Part shown: positions 50,597-64,000 of the stretch, piece after piece
How positions within the stretch are numbered: the stretch's first letter is position 1
How the letters are laid out: each line of letters starts with the position of its first letter
NCBI GenBank assembly: GCA_964016885.1
Contig: OZ024742.1
Coordinates: 37,944,001-38,008,000, forward strand
Length of the DNA: 64,000 nt
Direction of reading: 5' to 3'
Source of the DNA: Eledone cirrhosa
Lineage: Eukaryota
Position numbers and translations under genes: made by a program
The notes under the pieces: model-generated
What the model saw: the letters and a program-made list of their open reading frames with translations, nothing else
What the model was told of the DNA's origin: nothing
Databases searched by the model: none

Positions 50597-51386
50597 CTCT
50601 AACCAGTACAAGCAGCCACAGTTACTGCTCTTTTCTTTTTCAAGTAAAAATTAAAATTTCCTATTAACCTTTTTTTCCCCCTTTGTCATTCAGTGTAGGT
50701 CTATCTTATCAATTTAGCAAACAACATTGTTTTGTATAGAGACTACATGAACATAAATGAGTGCAGTATAGTAGTAACTATCATTCTTACATAGGAAATA
50801 ACATGACAGTAACACAGTAACAACAACAACAACAACAATATTATGCTAACTTATAGAAAGTAGTGGTAGTCCCACCAAATCCATGTAAGTTATTTCTGAC
50901 TCTTCAACCAGCTTGTAGTGAACAGCCTTCAGTGAAAGAGGCAGGCAAAACCATAAGCTTAAAATAAGAAATCTTACATGCAGACATATGGCAATATCAG
51001 GTTCCTGAAAGCTACCTTTCATACACTTTCATTACTCAATTTACACTACCTTCAATAATTTATTATGAGATTCATTTTTCATTTTAATATCTAAAAATTA
51101 AACAAAAAAACTTCTTTTTCTTTTTTTTAATCAAATATACTTTTTACAAAACTCCACAAATACATTGCTACCACCCTATGATTTATTAATTCTTATTACA
51201 CCTACCTCTGAAATAATAGTTCTACCTTCCCAAGTTATAATACCTTGGTGATAAAATTCTACATGTATAATTAACCCTTATGATACCAAACTTAAAAACT
51301 GCTTCTATGATACAAACCTTTATTTATCTAAAAATCCTCCATCAAAATTTTATGTAAGAACCTTCATTAAATTATATTCTAAATAT

Positions 51387-51570
51387 GCGGTGGATTGGCA
51401 GTATTGGTAGAGGAGCGGACACCATGCTTTGACGCAGAGTTACGGCCCTTGCCATTCTGAGTTCAAATCCCACCGAGGTTAACTTTGCCTTTCATCCTTA
51501 CGGGGTCGATAAAATAAAGTACCAGTAATACACTGGAATAATTGCTGGCCTTGTGCCAAAAGTAGAAACA
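51387..51570 (+). mobile_element. tRNA-derived SINE family A with 20-bp TSD, nested in a TTAA MITE
   Basis: TSD attaaattatattctaaata at 51366-51385 and 51571-51590. Confidence 0.9.
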
Positions 51571-52029
51571 ATTAAATTATATTCTAAATACCAGCTTAGT
51601 AATTAAAAAGTTTGTTATATTACTAAATTCTACCACTTTTATATTTTCAAAATTATTTGGAATTCTCGGGCATGTTTTTTTTAAAATTAAATATATGGTA
51701 AGGAATGGGTCAATGCGAAATTCTACGGGTAAAAATATTCAACACATCCGGCATACAAAAGAAATGGTGAAAGAATCTGAAATAAAGAAACATGTTATTA
51801 TCATAAGCTAAGCTTTTATCATTATGATATAGCATTGCTATATTTAGAAAGGGAATCCCCTTAGATTATATTTATGTAATAATTGTGAATTCAAAGTGAG
51901 CATGAGAGAAGCAATAATTTCCATAGCTTGACTCACAGATACATACACTGCACATATGAAGCCTATTACAAGCCTTATTTTTAAAATAATGACTAACCTA
52001 TTTTCTTTTTTGTATTCTGAAGAGAAACA

Positions 52030-52398
52030 CAACTGACTTGGTAAACACCCACAAAATTGTTAACCATGTTGCCAACAACAACCCTGAGTGCCTTTTCGAT
52101 TTCCATGTGTCTAACACACGTGGACATGCCCACAAAGTCAGAAAACAGCACAGTTCCCATGACTTTCGGAAACATTTTTTCACGCTCAGAGTTGCTGAAG
52201 CATAGAACAAACTACCTGCATCAGTTGTTAGCTGTCGAGACACTGCATCCTTTAAGGCCTCCATGCTTCCCGAGATCCGCCAACACTACAGCTAACACAT
52301 ACAAACATGTACTTCCCTGACATTTGTGTATTATTCTATGTACTATATTGACGAGTTGTAGTGCACCTGAGCACTTTACACAATAATTTCATTATTAT
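52030..52398 (+). mobile_element. CR1 3' fragment
   Basis: TDLVNTHKIVN..RGHAHKVRKQ..; tail gttgtagtgcacctgagcact..(ATT)n. Confidence 0.88.
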
Positions 52399-52579
52399 CA
52401 TTATTATTAAGCCCCTTGTTAATCAGTACAACACTACTGCTTCACATACACATTTATTCATATTTTTATTTCATACAAATATATTTGTCTTATTTCACAT
52501 TCATATTTTAGAGCATGTAAAATATATTTATGCTTTGTCCCAAAATACACATGTTCATTTTTAACCCTTTTGGTACCAA

Positions 52580-53435
52580 CTGCCCTGGCAACTCAAGCTG
52601 GCTGTGGACAAGTGTACCACCATGCATTTTGGGAGGAAAAGCTCAGCATCCACATACTCCCTCCACAACACTAATATCAAGAAGTCTTCTTGTGAATGTG
52701 ACCTAGTCATTATTGTCAGCAGCGATTTGCATTGGACAAAGCACATCTCTAAAATTGTCAAGAAGGCCGAGAGTGTCTTAGCATCACTCAGCAAGACCTT
52801 TGTCAGCCACTCTCCAGCTATCTATTTAAAGCTGTATATAGCTATGGTGCGGCCACACTTAGAATTTGCATCTCCAGTCTGGAACCCCTATCTTGCTCAG
52901 AATATTGACTTCCTGGAAACTGTTCAGAGACATGCAACCAAGCGAATACCCTCCATCAGGCATCTACCATACTCTGAACGCCTTGCTTCCCTGAATATTG
53001 AAGCTCCGACGTCTGGCAACTGACTTGGTAAACACCCACAAAATTATTAACCATCTTGCCAACAACAACCCTGAGCACCTTTTTGAATTCCATGTGTCTA
53101 ACACACGTGGGCATACCTACAAAGTCAGAAAAACAGCACAGCTCCCATGACTTTTGGAAACATTTTTTCACACTCAGAGTTACTGAAGCATGGAACAAAC
53201 TATCTGCATCAGTTGTTAGCTGCCGAGATACTGCATCCTTTAAAACCTCCATGCTTCCTGAAATTCGCCAACACTACACCTGATATCCTCCCTCCATACA
53301 CACGCACACATGTATATCACGACTCATACTCTGTTCACTTCCCTGACATTTGTATATTATTCTATGTACTATACATGCACATTTGATAAGTTGTAGTGCA
53401 CCTGAGCACTGTACACAATAATTTCATTATTATGA
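52580..53435 (+). mobile_element. 5'-truncated CR1 copy
   Basis: DKCTTMHFG..MVRPHLEFASPVWNP..WNKLSAS; (ATT)n tail. Confidence 0.92.
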
Positions 53436-53739
53436 TATTATTATTATAAAAGGCAAAATTGATTTCAATGGTTTATATTTATCTCAAAAACCTTCCATCA
53501 TAATCTTATGTAAGAAACTCTGAAATTGAGCTCCAAACACCAACTTAATAATCAGAAAGTTAATTATATTCCTTAATCATTTCAAATTCTTCATTATTTT
53601 CAAAACGATCAGAAAATTATAAGCAGTGATTTCATCAGAAATAAGCTACAAAAGTTAATCAAACTTATAACAAAGACAGGCACAAATAAATCTAGTTTTT
53701 ACTGCAATACAAAGTATTTGAAAATTTAAATCTTTATAA

Positions 53740-54457
53740 AATAATAATAATAATGAAATTATTGTGTAAAGTGCTCAGGTGCACTACAACTCGTCTAAGG
53801 TGTATGTATAGTACATAGAATAATACACAAATGTCAGGAAAGTGAATAGTGTATGAGTCATGGTATACATGTGTATGTGTATGGAGGGGGAACATTAGCT
53901 GTAGTGTTGGCGGATCTCGGGAAGCATGGAGGCCTTAAAGGATGCAGTGTCTCGACAGCTAACAACTGATGCAGGTAGTTTGTTCCATGCTTCAGCAACT
54001 CTGAGCGTGAAAAAATGTTTCTGAAAGTCATGGGAACTGTGCTGTTTTCTGACTTTGTGGGCATGTCCACGTGTGTTAGACACATGGAAATCAAAAAGGT
54101 ACTCAGGGTTGTTGTTGGCAAGATGGTTAACAATTTTGTGGGTGTTTACCAAGTCAGTTGCCAGGCGTCGGAGCTTCAATGTATCCATGCCCAGGGAAGC
54201 AAGGCGCTCAGAGTATGGTAGATGCCTGATGGAGGGTATTCGCTTGGTTGCACGTCTCTGAACAGTTTCCAGGCGGTCAATGTTCTGAGCAAGATAGGGG
54301 TTCCAGACTGGTGATGCAAATTCTAAGTGTGGCCGCACCATAGCTATGTACAGCCTTAAATAGATATCTGGAGAGCGGCTGACAAAGGTCTTGCTGAGTG
54401 ATGCTAAGACACCCTCAGCCCTCTTGACAATTTTAGAGACGTGCTTCGTCCAATGCA
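53740..54457 (-). mobile_element. 5'-truncated CR1 copy, inverted relative to the previous two
   Basis: ORF 53895..54506 HWTKHVSKIV...PEIRQHYS; tail at ~53740. Confidence 0.92.
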
Positions 54458-55859
54458 AAACAATTTCTATTATTATTTTATCAGAGTTGTCATCATCATT
54501 TAACATCTGTTTTCTGTGCTGGCATAATAAACATTAAATATACTGATGTGAACTAAATTATCATATACTTATTTCCAGTTAACTCTTTAACCCTTTTTAT
54601 ACTAAATTGCCTGGAATTACCTTAGGTTCTTTGATACAAAGCTGTTTATTTTAAAGTGCTTATATTTATCTAAGATTCTTCCATCTTAATTTTATGTAAA
54701 AATCTTTCTTATGTTCCAAATGCCAGCTTAATCATGAAAACATAAGTTATGTTATCCAATCCCTCTAAATTATTTATTATTTTTAAAATAATTTGAAAAT
54801 TATACACAATGTCTTTCATTAGAAATATGTTACTGAAATACTTTAACACTAACTTACCTATCACTATCATATTTCTTTTAATTGAAAGTCTTTAACAAGC
54901 ACAAAATATCTAATATTACACACACCCACTGTAAATTAACTTAAATACACACAATAAACAATGTCTATTCTTTAAAAGACATACTCACTAGTGATGGAGT
55001 TATAAAATAGAATATTATATTATGGTTTTATATGTGTGGGTGGAGGGGCATATAAATACATGACAATGCTCAATACATAATTATGGTAAACATGTGTGAT
55101 GACAAATATATATTTGTAAATAAAGCAGCTGACTTAAGAAGCTTTTTGGCAGAGCTGTTCTGATAGAGAATAAGTTGCAGGCAGCGGATAGCAATACGGC
55201 CACCAGATATGATGGTTAGTTGCGATATAAGTGGACACCTACAGGACAAATAAACAATCACAGACCAACAGCAGTAAACTACTAGGTGAGATAGAGCAAT
55301 GGGTGATACCTTTAGCTCCTAAGAAAACTTTCACAACCCAGTGATGTAGTTATGATGAGGCAAATAAAGGCTGCATCTAAAAAACCCTAGTCTTTATGGG
55401 TCTGAAAAAGTACCAGACTGGTGACTGGCACAAATAAGACCACCTAAACTGCAATATGATGAGAAGTAACAATAAGAATCATACCACATCACTCAGGTTA
55501 ACAAGGGACACATTCAGAGAAGGCCTGTTCGAAAAATATATTGCAGTCACCATTTCATGCTGTAAAAACTGGTGATGGGCGTGCTACCTGTCCTGGGAGG
55601 CATGGAATGGATGCACAAAGATTGCTTAAGACTTAAGCATTGAGAAAATTTGAAATGTATGTCTCATAACAGAAATGACTATAATAATAATCAATCACTT
55701 TACCAAATTTACTCAACTATCATTTATAGTGATCTACTATTATTATGGTCATTTGTGCTGGGATGCACACATTTCAAATTTCAAATATATATTTTATTTA
55801 TTCATTTAAATATATAAATAGATAAAATATATGTATATATTAAATATGATGAGAAGTCA

Positions 55860-56075
55860 GTGGATTGGCAGTATCGGTAGAACATCAGATAAAATGCTTT
55901 ATGCTATTTAATTACTACTTTCTATATTCTGAGTTCAAATCCTGCCTAGGTCAACATTGTCTCTGAACCTTCCAGGGTCGATAAAAGAAAATACCAGTTA
56001 AGTACTGGGGTCAATATAATTGACTTTCCCCTTTTCCTCCAAATTGCTGGCCTTGTGCCAATTTTAGAAAGAATT
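55860..56075 (+). mobile_element. Older SINE family A variant
   Basis: tggattggcagtatcggtag..gagttcaaatcc..gtcgataaaa..attgctggccttgtgcc. Confidence 0.78.
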
Positions 56076-56874
56076 ATATATTACATTGAGATTGATGAGA
56101 ATGTTTTACTATTAAATGTATTGATATTTGAATAAGAAATTCTAACTTGATGTCTTTTCTACTTCTGTACCTAATCCTTTCGCTACCAACCTAATCAAAA
56201 CAAGCTCTGGATCTATAAAACAAAAACCACCTATTATAACACTTTTGATACCAACCTGTCCTAAACTGGTCCTGGTTGTATGAAACAAAACCACCCATTT
56301 TAAAGGGTTTTAATTTAAATGTTTCAACATAATTATTTACAAGAATCATATGTTAACTTCCTATTTTACTAATGAAATAATAAATAAGTTTAGTAAATCA
56401 CTCAAAATTTTCGATTAATTGAAATAAGAGTGCATTTCATTAAAAATACAGCCATGAAAAGGTTCCTATATAAATTAAAATCTTCCAATATAATTTTATA
56501 TAAGAACTATATGTAAACTTATAATCTTAGTAATGAAATAATAATTTTAATAAATTCTAAAAATTCTTCACTAATTAATTGAAATAGAATGTATTTCATT
56601 GAAAATAGTCACAAAGGGCTAATAATGAAGAGAAGCAGCTAGAATGTAGTTATGCAGACTTAAGCAAGCAGAGTAATGTACCTTGTCTAGACAGCCTGCA
56701 GTGATTAAGAATCTGAAGGACCTTCAGGGTATAGTTGTTCACATTGATCAATGTAACAGTTAAATGTTTCTAAATTTTTTTTTTTTTAATTATGACAGAC
56801 ACTACCTATGATTTTCAAAATAATAAAAAATATAAAAATTAGAATTGGCGCTCTGAAATAGCTATATATATATA

Positions 56875-57179
56875 AATGTATATATAGTGGATTTTGCAAT
56901 ACACTGTATGCTTAATTAAAAGCATTTCGAAGACCTTATGCTATTGTTTTATAAGATTCTATAAGAATCAAACATTCATGATTTTCAGCAAACAGGTGGA
57001 GTACTTGGCTTTGATAAGTACCAATCAGTATGAAACAGAGCTCTGTCAGCTTTATCTCCCTTGTTTGCTGAAAATTTAAAGTAAGTGAGACTGTCACTAC
57101 TCTAAAACAATAGCATAAGGTCTTCGAAATGCTTTTAATTAAGCATACAGTGTATTGCAAAATCCACTATATATACATT
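56875..57179. repeat. Perfect 77-bp inverted repeat with a 151-bp spacer containing an inner hairpin
   Basis: 56875-56951 is the exact reverse complement of 57103-57179; inner attttcagcaaaca / tgtttgctgaaaat. Confidence 0.93.
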
Positions 57180-58354
57180 CAATAAAAAATATTTTTTTGT
57201 TTTTACAACTCCATTACGTAATGTTTTACCAATTTCCAACCATTTTGAAGGCCATATTCATTCAAAACATATCAAAAACAAAAGGAAATGCAAATTTCCC
57301 AATGAAAGTGAAAGTGAAAGTGGTATAATATTCACCTCCAAAGTGTGCCAGTGTAATATTTACCTCAAAAACCAAATATTTTAGCATCGCATTTACATAA
57401 AATTTTGAAATCGGTGAAAATCAGCAAAATATTGCCCCCCCCCCCCCCATTTTACCATCAATTATTTTTTTGTTTATATATTTCTTGTCTTATATACAAG
57501 TATATATGGTAATTAGTGATAGCACTAACATGGGATGACTCATATTAAAGATGTATATGAACCTATATACAAGATGTTTCATTTCAATACCAAACTCCTT
57601 GAAACCACCCATGGTTCTATGATACAAATCTGCTTATTTTAAATATTTATATTTACCTAAAAATCTACCATCAGAATTTTATGTAAGAAAAATTTGTTAA
57701 GTTATGATCAAAACACAAAACTACCCTAGCATAGGTGCTACATTAAAATGCACCTGGTGTGCTCTGCAAGATGCAGAAACATATGTGAGAAGTTGGCCCC
57801 TGGCATGTCGAAGATGATAGTAGCTCTGACTCAGTAGTGATTTGGTCTGTGATGACCCATCTAACCCGTGCTAACAAGGAAAACAGACATTAAATAATGA
57901 TGGTTATGAGAATAATGATGATGAATCTCTTCTGGTAGGGCCTTTGTTCAAGAGAGATAAACTTGAAGGGTAGATTAATTTTGAATATTGTCCTGGTGTT
58001 TTAAAGAGTGCAGATCTGAATTTCTTTACTAATGATACACACTTGTTTGCCAACTAACATGTTGGCATACTTTCACTGAATATTTAGAATAATATAGTCA
58101 AGTGTACAAAGTATATCATTAAATTCTGATTTCATTTCCACAACCTTAACCAGACCCAAATAATAGATAGATAGATATGTAATGGCAGACTTTGGCAGTT
58201 TGATCTAATGGTACATCTATTGCTGATTCCTCAACAGACTGGCATACACAGAGAAGTATGTAGGTAGGAAGCATCTTGGAATTGAAGTTGTGTACTGAAC
58301 CATTAGCTGTAAATGAAATGCAAATGTGCCATGTAGTCCCATCTAGAGATAATC

Positions 58355-58785
58355 TTGGTGAGATAGGCAGTAAATGCAAAGGATATATGGAGGGTGGACA
58401 GAAATGAAGTGAGCATGCTTTGTTGGATCTGTAATATTAGTTTGCATGAATGATTTGGCATGGATGAACTGAGAGAAAAACTGAGTATAAGTGGAATCAG
58501 ATGTAGCATGGAAGAGAAAAGACCCATGCTGGTATGGACAAGTGATGCACATGGATGATGAACACTGCATGAAGAAGTGCTATGAAATGCCAGTGGAAGG
58601 AAGCTGCAATACAAAAAGACTGAGAAAAATGTGTGTAGATATGGTTAGAGGTGATCTTAAAACACTGAACCTCAGAGAAGATGATGAAGGAAGGTTATAA
58701 ATGGAGAAAGGCTGTACTCGGAAAGGTCCCATCTAACCCATGCAAACTTGGAAAAATGGATGAAAAATTATGATGAAGAAGAGGA
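58355..58785 (+). mobile_element. Old RTE 3' fragment
   Basis: RNEVSMLCWICN..WYGQVMHMD..KKC..; tail ccatctaacccatgcaaa..tgatga. Confidence 0.75.
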
Positions 58786-59439
58786 TATTTCCTTCTTCAG
58801 TTTGATTAATAGACAACATTTTTATTGATGAAAGTGTGCGTGTGTGTGCATATGTAAACATATTCTTATGCACAAGATGATTATACCACAATACCACACT
58901 ATACAGTAAAGTAAAACAATAGAGTTTGAAGTGATAGTCTTAAACCATTGCCTTGTTTAATACAACCACATGGCCCTTGAGTGCCTTTAGCAGAGTATAC
59001 TCTGTTGCAATCATTCAAACCAGTTCTTTGATTGGAGGAGCTGAAGAGTGTTATGGGCACACTATAATTCAGTTGTGGATAGTAAACTAATAAATACTTA
59101 TTCAAATATCTTAATCTGAAGAATGCAAAAATAAAAAAAGACTACAAAACTGTGTGACATGTGTACATATTACACATGCATACACAAATTCCCAAACCTT
59201 ATTTCTAATAGATAATAGATGGTAAAAATTATAAGAATCTTTAAATGTGTTGTTACAAAATACAAAAGTAATTATGTTATGAATTATTTCTATTTTATTG
59301 TTGCTCAGAGGACAGAATGGCAAATGAGTTATCCCAGGAGATGGCAGGGTAGATTTACTGAAAAAGCCACTCCAACTTGCAGGGCTTATTCTTGCAGGTG
59401 GCCATCTTCAGCCAAATCGCAGGTGGTACGAGGACCTAT

Positions 59440-59700
59440 GACACAATGGGGTTGTGAATTCAATTCCCTGAGTGAATGGCGTATGGTATCTTTGAGCAAA
59501 ACATTGTATTTCATGTTCCAATTCACACAGCTGAAAAAAATGAGTTGCAACATCAATGGTGCCAAGTGGTATCAGCCTTTGCCTTTCCCTTGAACAACAT
59601 GAGTGGCATGTATGAGCAACGGCTGGTCTTCCACACTAACACCTTGCCTGAGTTTGTGTTTCAAAAAGGAACTCTAACAGCCAGCCATGACTGAAGTGGG
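59440..59700 (+). mobile_element. Old CORE-like SINE (relative at 33680-33990)
   Basis: tctttgagcaaaacatt...cagctgaaaaaaatgagttgcaac..gtatcagcctttgcctttcc. Confidence 0.65.
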
Positions 59701-61304
59701 TCTCTCTCTAGGTTCAACAAGAATAATAGATTCAATTAGAACTTTTCAGTTACTAGCATTGAAATCCAAATAGAAAAAAATATCTCTATATATTATGATT
59801 TTCTCTTCTGCTGTTTTGCCCTATTCTTTTTGGGGGCTTTTTTTTTTTTTTTTTGCAGCCTTATGTTGATCAATTAGGGTTCGCATTCTTTCCCTTATCC
59901 ACTGTTCCTTTCTCACATTTTGAACCTGCTAGCCAATCAATGCATAAACCGCAATATCATGGATGCTGAAGAATGGATAACAATGGTAGAGTTGACTCAG
60001 GAATTCCTGGCAATGAACATTCCAAGAGAACCTTAGACACACAGCAACTAGTTGAACGGGTGGGGTGAGAACTGCAGCAGATCAACTGTGGGGATAGAAG
60101 TTTGTTGCTTTGTGTGCTTCAAAGAACTAATTAGTATTTTAGGTTTTGAAATATTGACTAATTTGTACCATTTAGATACAAATGATTATTCTACAGACCA
60201 GCAGTTCCCAACACTTTACAATAATGACCAATTTTGCTAAATCAATATTCTTCCATGACCCTTCAGTTTCTTTTTGCAGTTTATACTGTGATGTAGCCCT
60301 TATATCCATGGCTTATTGGATAACATATCTATGAACATTTTTCCCTCCTCCCTGATCCCAAGTTCCTAGTCCAACCATACCATCATGGAAAGACAGGTGC
60401 ACTCTACAATGTACCTCCGACATCACTCTTAAAGCCACCTTTCTCTCTCCCCACTCCCTCAGCAGGCAACATGTTGTTGTTGATGATGATGATTATTTAA
60501 CCCTTTCTTTGCCACATTTCTAATGAAATAGTCTGCCTATGAGTTTCAATTAATTTTGAAAATAATGAAGAATTTGGAGTGATCTAGTAAAATAACTTTC
60601 TCATTATTCAGTTGGTGTTTAACCCTATAGCATTTAAACCAGCCATATCTGGCCAGAATTCTCTCACCTCCTGTTCAAACCAGCCATAACCGGCTGTTCA
60701 TACTTATATTAAGGTATTGTTCTCAAAATAAATAAAATCAAAATCTCATAGATTCAATATTATGTGAGGTAAAGTATTTACCATGAAAATACAATAGTAA
60801 ATATAGATTAATGTAAATGCTAAAGTGTTAAAACAACAAACATCCTTGCATAAAATCATGATGGAAGGTTTAAATTTAAGTATGAACAGTTTAAAACCAA
60901 CAGCTTTATATCATAGATCTAGGAAACAGTTTCAACCAATTTTTTATCAAAAGGGTTAATAAATAAATAAAAGATTATCTTTACATCTTTTCACAATTAT
61001 ACTGCAATCCACAAGTCTGATGCTGATGTAGACAGATGGGTATAGACACACAGACACTTGTTACAAGATATTTTGCTGGGTTTTTATTGTTAGTCTGTGT
61101 CATTCAGTTCTGCAAATCTAAGCATATTTAAAGTACTTTAAGTAAGTTCATTCAGTTGCTAAGTGGCCTCATAGAAAGGAAACTATTGTTCCACCTCAGA
61201 AATTTCCTGCACATTATAGAGATATTTGATTCTAACAAAGTTAGAAAATATGCTTTGTTTTCTGAGAATCACTAGGCAACAAAGAAACTAGTTGTAAAAA
61301 AAAA

Positions 61305-61675
61305 CTAGCAGGTGAACAGCAGCAAGAACAGCAACAACATAAAGCAGATGAACAGAAACAACAACAAAAAGCAGATGAACAGAAACAACAGCAGCAGCAA
61401 CAACAGTCAGAAAAGTAGCAATGACAACAAAAACAAATTGAAACAACAACAAAAAAAAAGCAAGTAAAAACAATAACAACATCAAGAATAACACCAACAA
61501 CAGCAATAACAGAGAGGCAACAACAACAACAACAAGCAGGTGAGCAACAACAACAACAATCAGAGGAGCAGAATCAAGTAGAAACAATAACATCATCATC
61601 AAGTAGATGAGGAACAATAACAATAACATTAATAAGTAAGTAACCAACAACAATACAGAAGCCAAGACAATGATG
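61305..61675. repeat. Degenerate (CAA/CAG)n low-complexity tract
   Basis: Direct inspection. Confidence 0.85.
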
Positions 61676-62262
61676 ATACATTTTTGGGAACTCCACCTAG
61701 TTTGTTAGTAAAGGTAGCTGAAGTTAATCTCTCTTTCTGGTGGAGAATTAATTGGTTTGATGTTAATAAGATGCAGCCAACAGTGTTGTAACAATATATA
61801 GCCTATTCCATTATTGTTAAAAGTGTTACATTTAGCATTTGCTATATAACACAATCATCATCATCATTTAACATCAGCTTTTCCAGGTGGCAAATTGGCA
61901 GAGTTGTTAGAATGTCAGATAGGATGCTTTGCAGTATCCTTTCTGGCTGTCTGCACTCTCGGTTCAAATTGTGGCGAGTCAATTTTGCCTTTCATTTGTT
62001 CAAGCTCAATAAAATAAGTGCCAGTTTAGTACTGGGATTGATTCTCTCTTCCTCCCTCTCTCTGGAAAAAATCAGCTATGTTCAGACATGGAGAAGGATG
62101 GGCTCCACCAGTTTTAAATGTTGAATGTCATGTCATTATAGGTGGATGGATGGATAACACAATAAACAAATACATTGTTTTTACAGTCCTAAAACAAGGA
62201 ACATCAGTAAGAGATTGAGAGGGGGCATATGAAATTGTGGGATCTTACAGGATATTCATTTT

Positions 62263-62268
<6 letters not shown>

Positions 62269-62339
<71 letters not shown>

Positions 62340-62392
62340 TATATATATATAACATTTCTACGACCTATATATATATATATATATATATACAT
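62269..62392. repeat. (TA)n/(CA)n microsatellite
   Basis: Direct inspection. Confidence 0.95.
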
Positions 62393-62807
62393 ACAGAGAA
62401 ACAAATTTATTATATTTCAAGTGAATCAATTAAAAGAGAAAAAGAGGGAAAGAAATAGGGAAGGGGAAAACTATGTTCTTGACCCTGGACAATATATCTC
62501 AGTGACACCATACAAACATAATGGTAAAAGCTTTACCACAGAACAGCCAGTGATGCCCACTGCAACAGAGATTCTCACCTCATAGGCATGATTTCTTCAT
62601 CATGATTTAGTAGAGGAAAATGACAGTCCAGAGACTGAGGATACCAGGGATCTCAACATCAGAAACTAGTATAAACTAGTGCAAAATGAAATATTATAGA
62701 TCTCAGGTTGTGATAATTTTCTAAAGACCACTGGAAATATCCCTTATAACCAGCACAATAATATAGTCAACTTACAGGCTATTAAAGAGGTGGTAGTGAT
62801 GATAGTA

Positions 62808-63170
62808 ATAATTGTTTCTACTTTTGGCACAAGGCCAGCAATTACCCAGTACATTACTGGTACTTTATTTTATCAACCCCGTAAGGATGAAAGGCAAAGT
62901 TAACCTCGGCGGGATTTGAACTCAGAACGGCAAGGGCTGTAACTCAGTAATAATAGTTTTTAATTTAGACATAAGGCCAGCAATTAGGGGCAGGGGAAAG
63001 TCGATTTAATTGGCCCTAGTACTTGATTGGTACCTCATTTTATCGACCCTGGAAGAGTGAAAAGCAGAGTAAACCTTCACTGGACTTAAATTCTGATGTC
63101 AAAGGGCTGTGTGACCAAATGCCAAATGTATTTTGTTTGACATTCTAATTATTCTGGCAATCCACCAGCT
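62808..63170 (-). mobile_element. Two adjacent SINE family A copies (young partial + old)
   Basis: Reverse complement of the family A body occurs twice. Confidence 0.78.
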
Positions 63171-63654
63171 TAGTAGTGAAGGTTAAAAGGATACTCTGGT
63201 GGGATTTGAACTCAGAACAAAGAGACATAGTTAAATACTGTAGAGCATTATGTGTGCTGCTCTACAAATTCTTCCATTTGATCATAGTTATAATTTGCAA
63301 GCTCCAAGCCAGCTCAACACAGAAGTACATAAGTTATTTTTGCTGTATTTTATTCCTACTTTGCATCTAATTAGCCACACAAACTCAATTAATTAAACTA
63401 TAAAAACTATCTGGTATGACTATTCAATAAGCCACAAATGAATTTCAGAGTTGTACTTATTTATCAAATGATTTGATCTGAGACTGTGTTGAAACTAAAG
63501 CAATTATATCATGGAAAAGTGATTTTAGCCATTTAAGAAGAAGAAAAAACCATACAAAAACTTTTTAATTCACAAAATTAAACGAATTATTTTAGCTAAA
63601 TTAAAACCACAGTTTCTTAATTATATATGAAATCTGTGAGGGTGTGTAATTAAG

Positions 63655-63925
63655 TAATTAGGATATTTGGTTCACAATCATTAGTTCAATTTCTGGTGTC
63701 CTTGAGTAAGACACTATATTTTCTGTTGCTCCAATTCATTCAGCTGGAAGAAATGAGTTGTACTTGTAATTCAATGGGCCAGCCTCGTCACATATTGTGT
63801 CATGCTGATCTATTTCCGAGAACAACATGAAGGGTATAGCTGTCTGTGGAATGCACAGCCACTTGCATGTTAATCTCATGAACAGGCTGCTCCATCAATC
63901 AAATAAACTGGAACACTCGTCAGAA
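63655..63925 (+). mobile_element. CORE-like SINE with alternative 3' body (relatives ~17150-17310, 48535-48830, 49015-49140)
   Basis: gtgtccttgagtaagacact..cagctggaagaaatgag..gtggaatgcacagccacttgcatgttaat..caggctgctcc..actggaacactcgtc. Confidence 0.7.
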
Positions 63926-64000
63926 GTGAGGTACGTTCAACACAGCAAGATATATAAACTAGTAGTGGAGTTGTTGATTTTTTTTGTTTTCTTTTTTGTT

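Noticed and set aside
61288-61665. 125-aa hydrophobic L/V-rich ORF
   Set aside because: Reverse translation of a degenerate (CAA)n tract.
1-64000. Prokaryotic systems (CRISPR, retrons, operons)
   Set aside because: The sequence is eukaryotic intronic DNA; no regularly spaced repeat-spacer array was seen and all RTs are of retrotransposon type.

Overview
AT-rich, microsatellite- and repeat-dense animal genomic DNA whose repeat families point to a coleoid cephalopod (probably Octopus; inferred, not verified). Nearly all of it appears to be intron of a minus-strand liprin-beta (PPFIBP-like) gene. One clear 192-bp coiled-coil exon lies at 29178-29369, and a candidate alternative first coding exon lies at 50525-50596. 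The rest is transposon-derived. It includes a 5'-truncated but stop-free Naiad-type Penelope-like element (RT + GIY-YIG) inserted in a (TATATACA)n array with a type-I hammerhead ribozyme in its 3' end, and an intact RTE LINE (APE-RT-PHD finger). It also includes decayed CR1, Tx1/L1, RTE-X, R4/Dong, CRE-like and PLE fragments, two mariner relics, tRNA-derived SINEs and TTAA/hAT MITEs. Several perfect or near-perfect inverted repeats stand out, including a TSD-flanked fold-back SINE. All calls were made by eye, without database searches.
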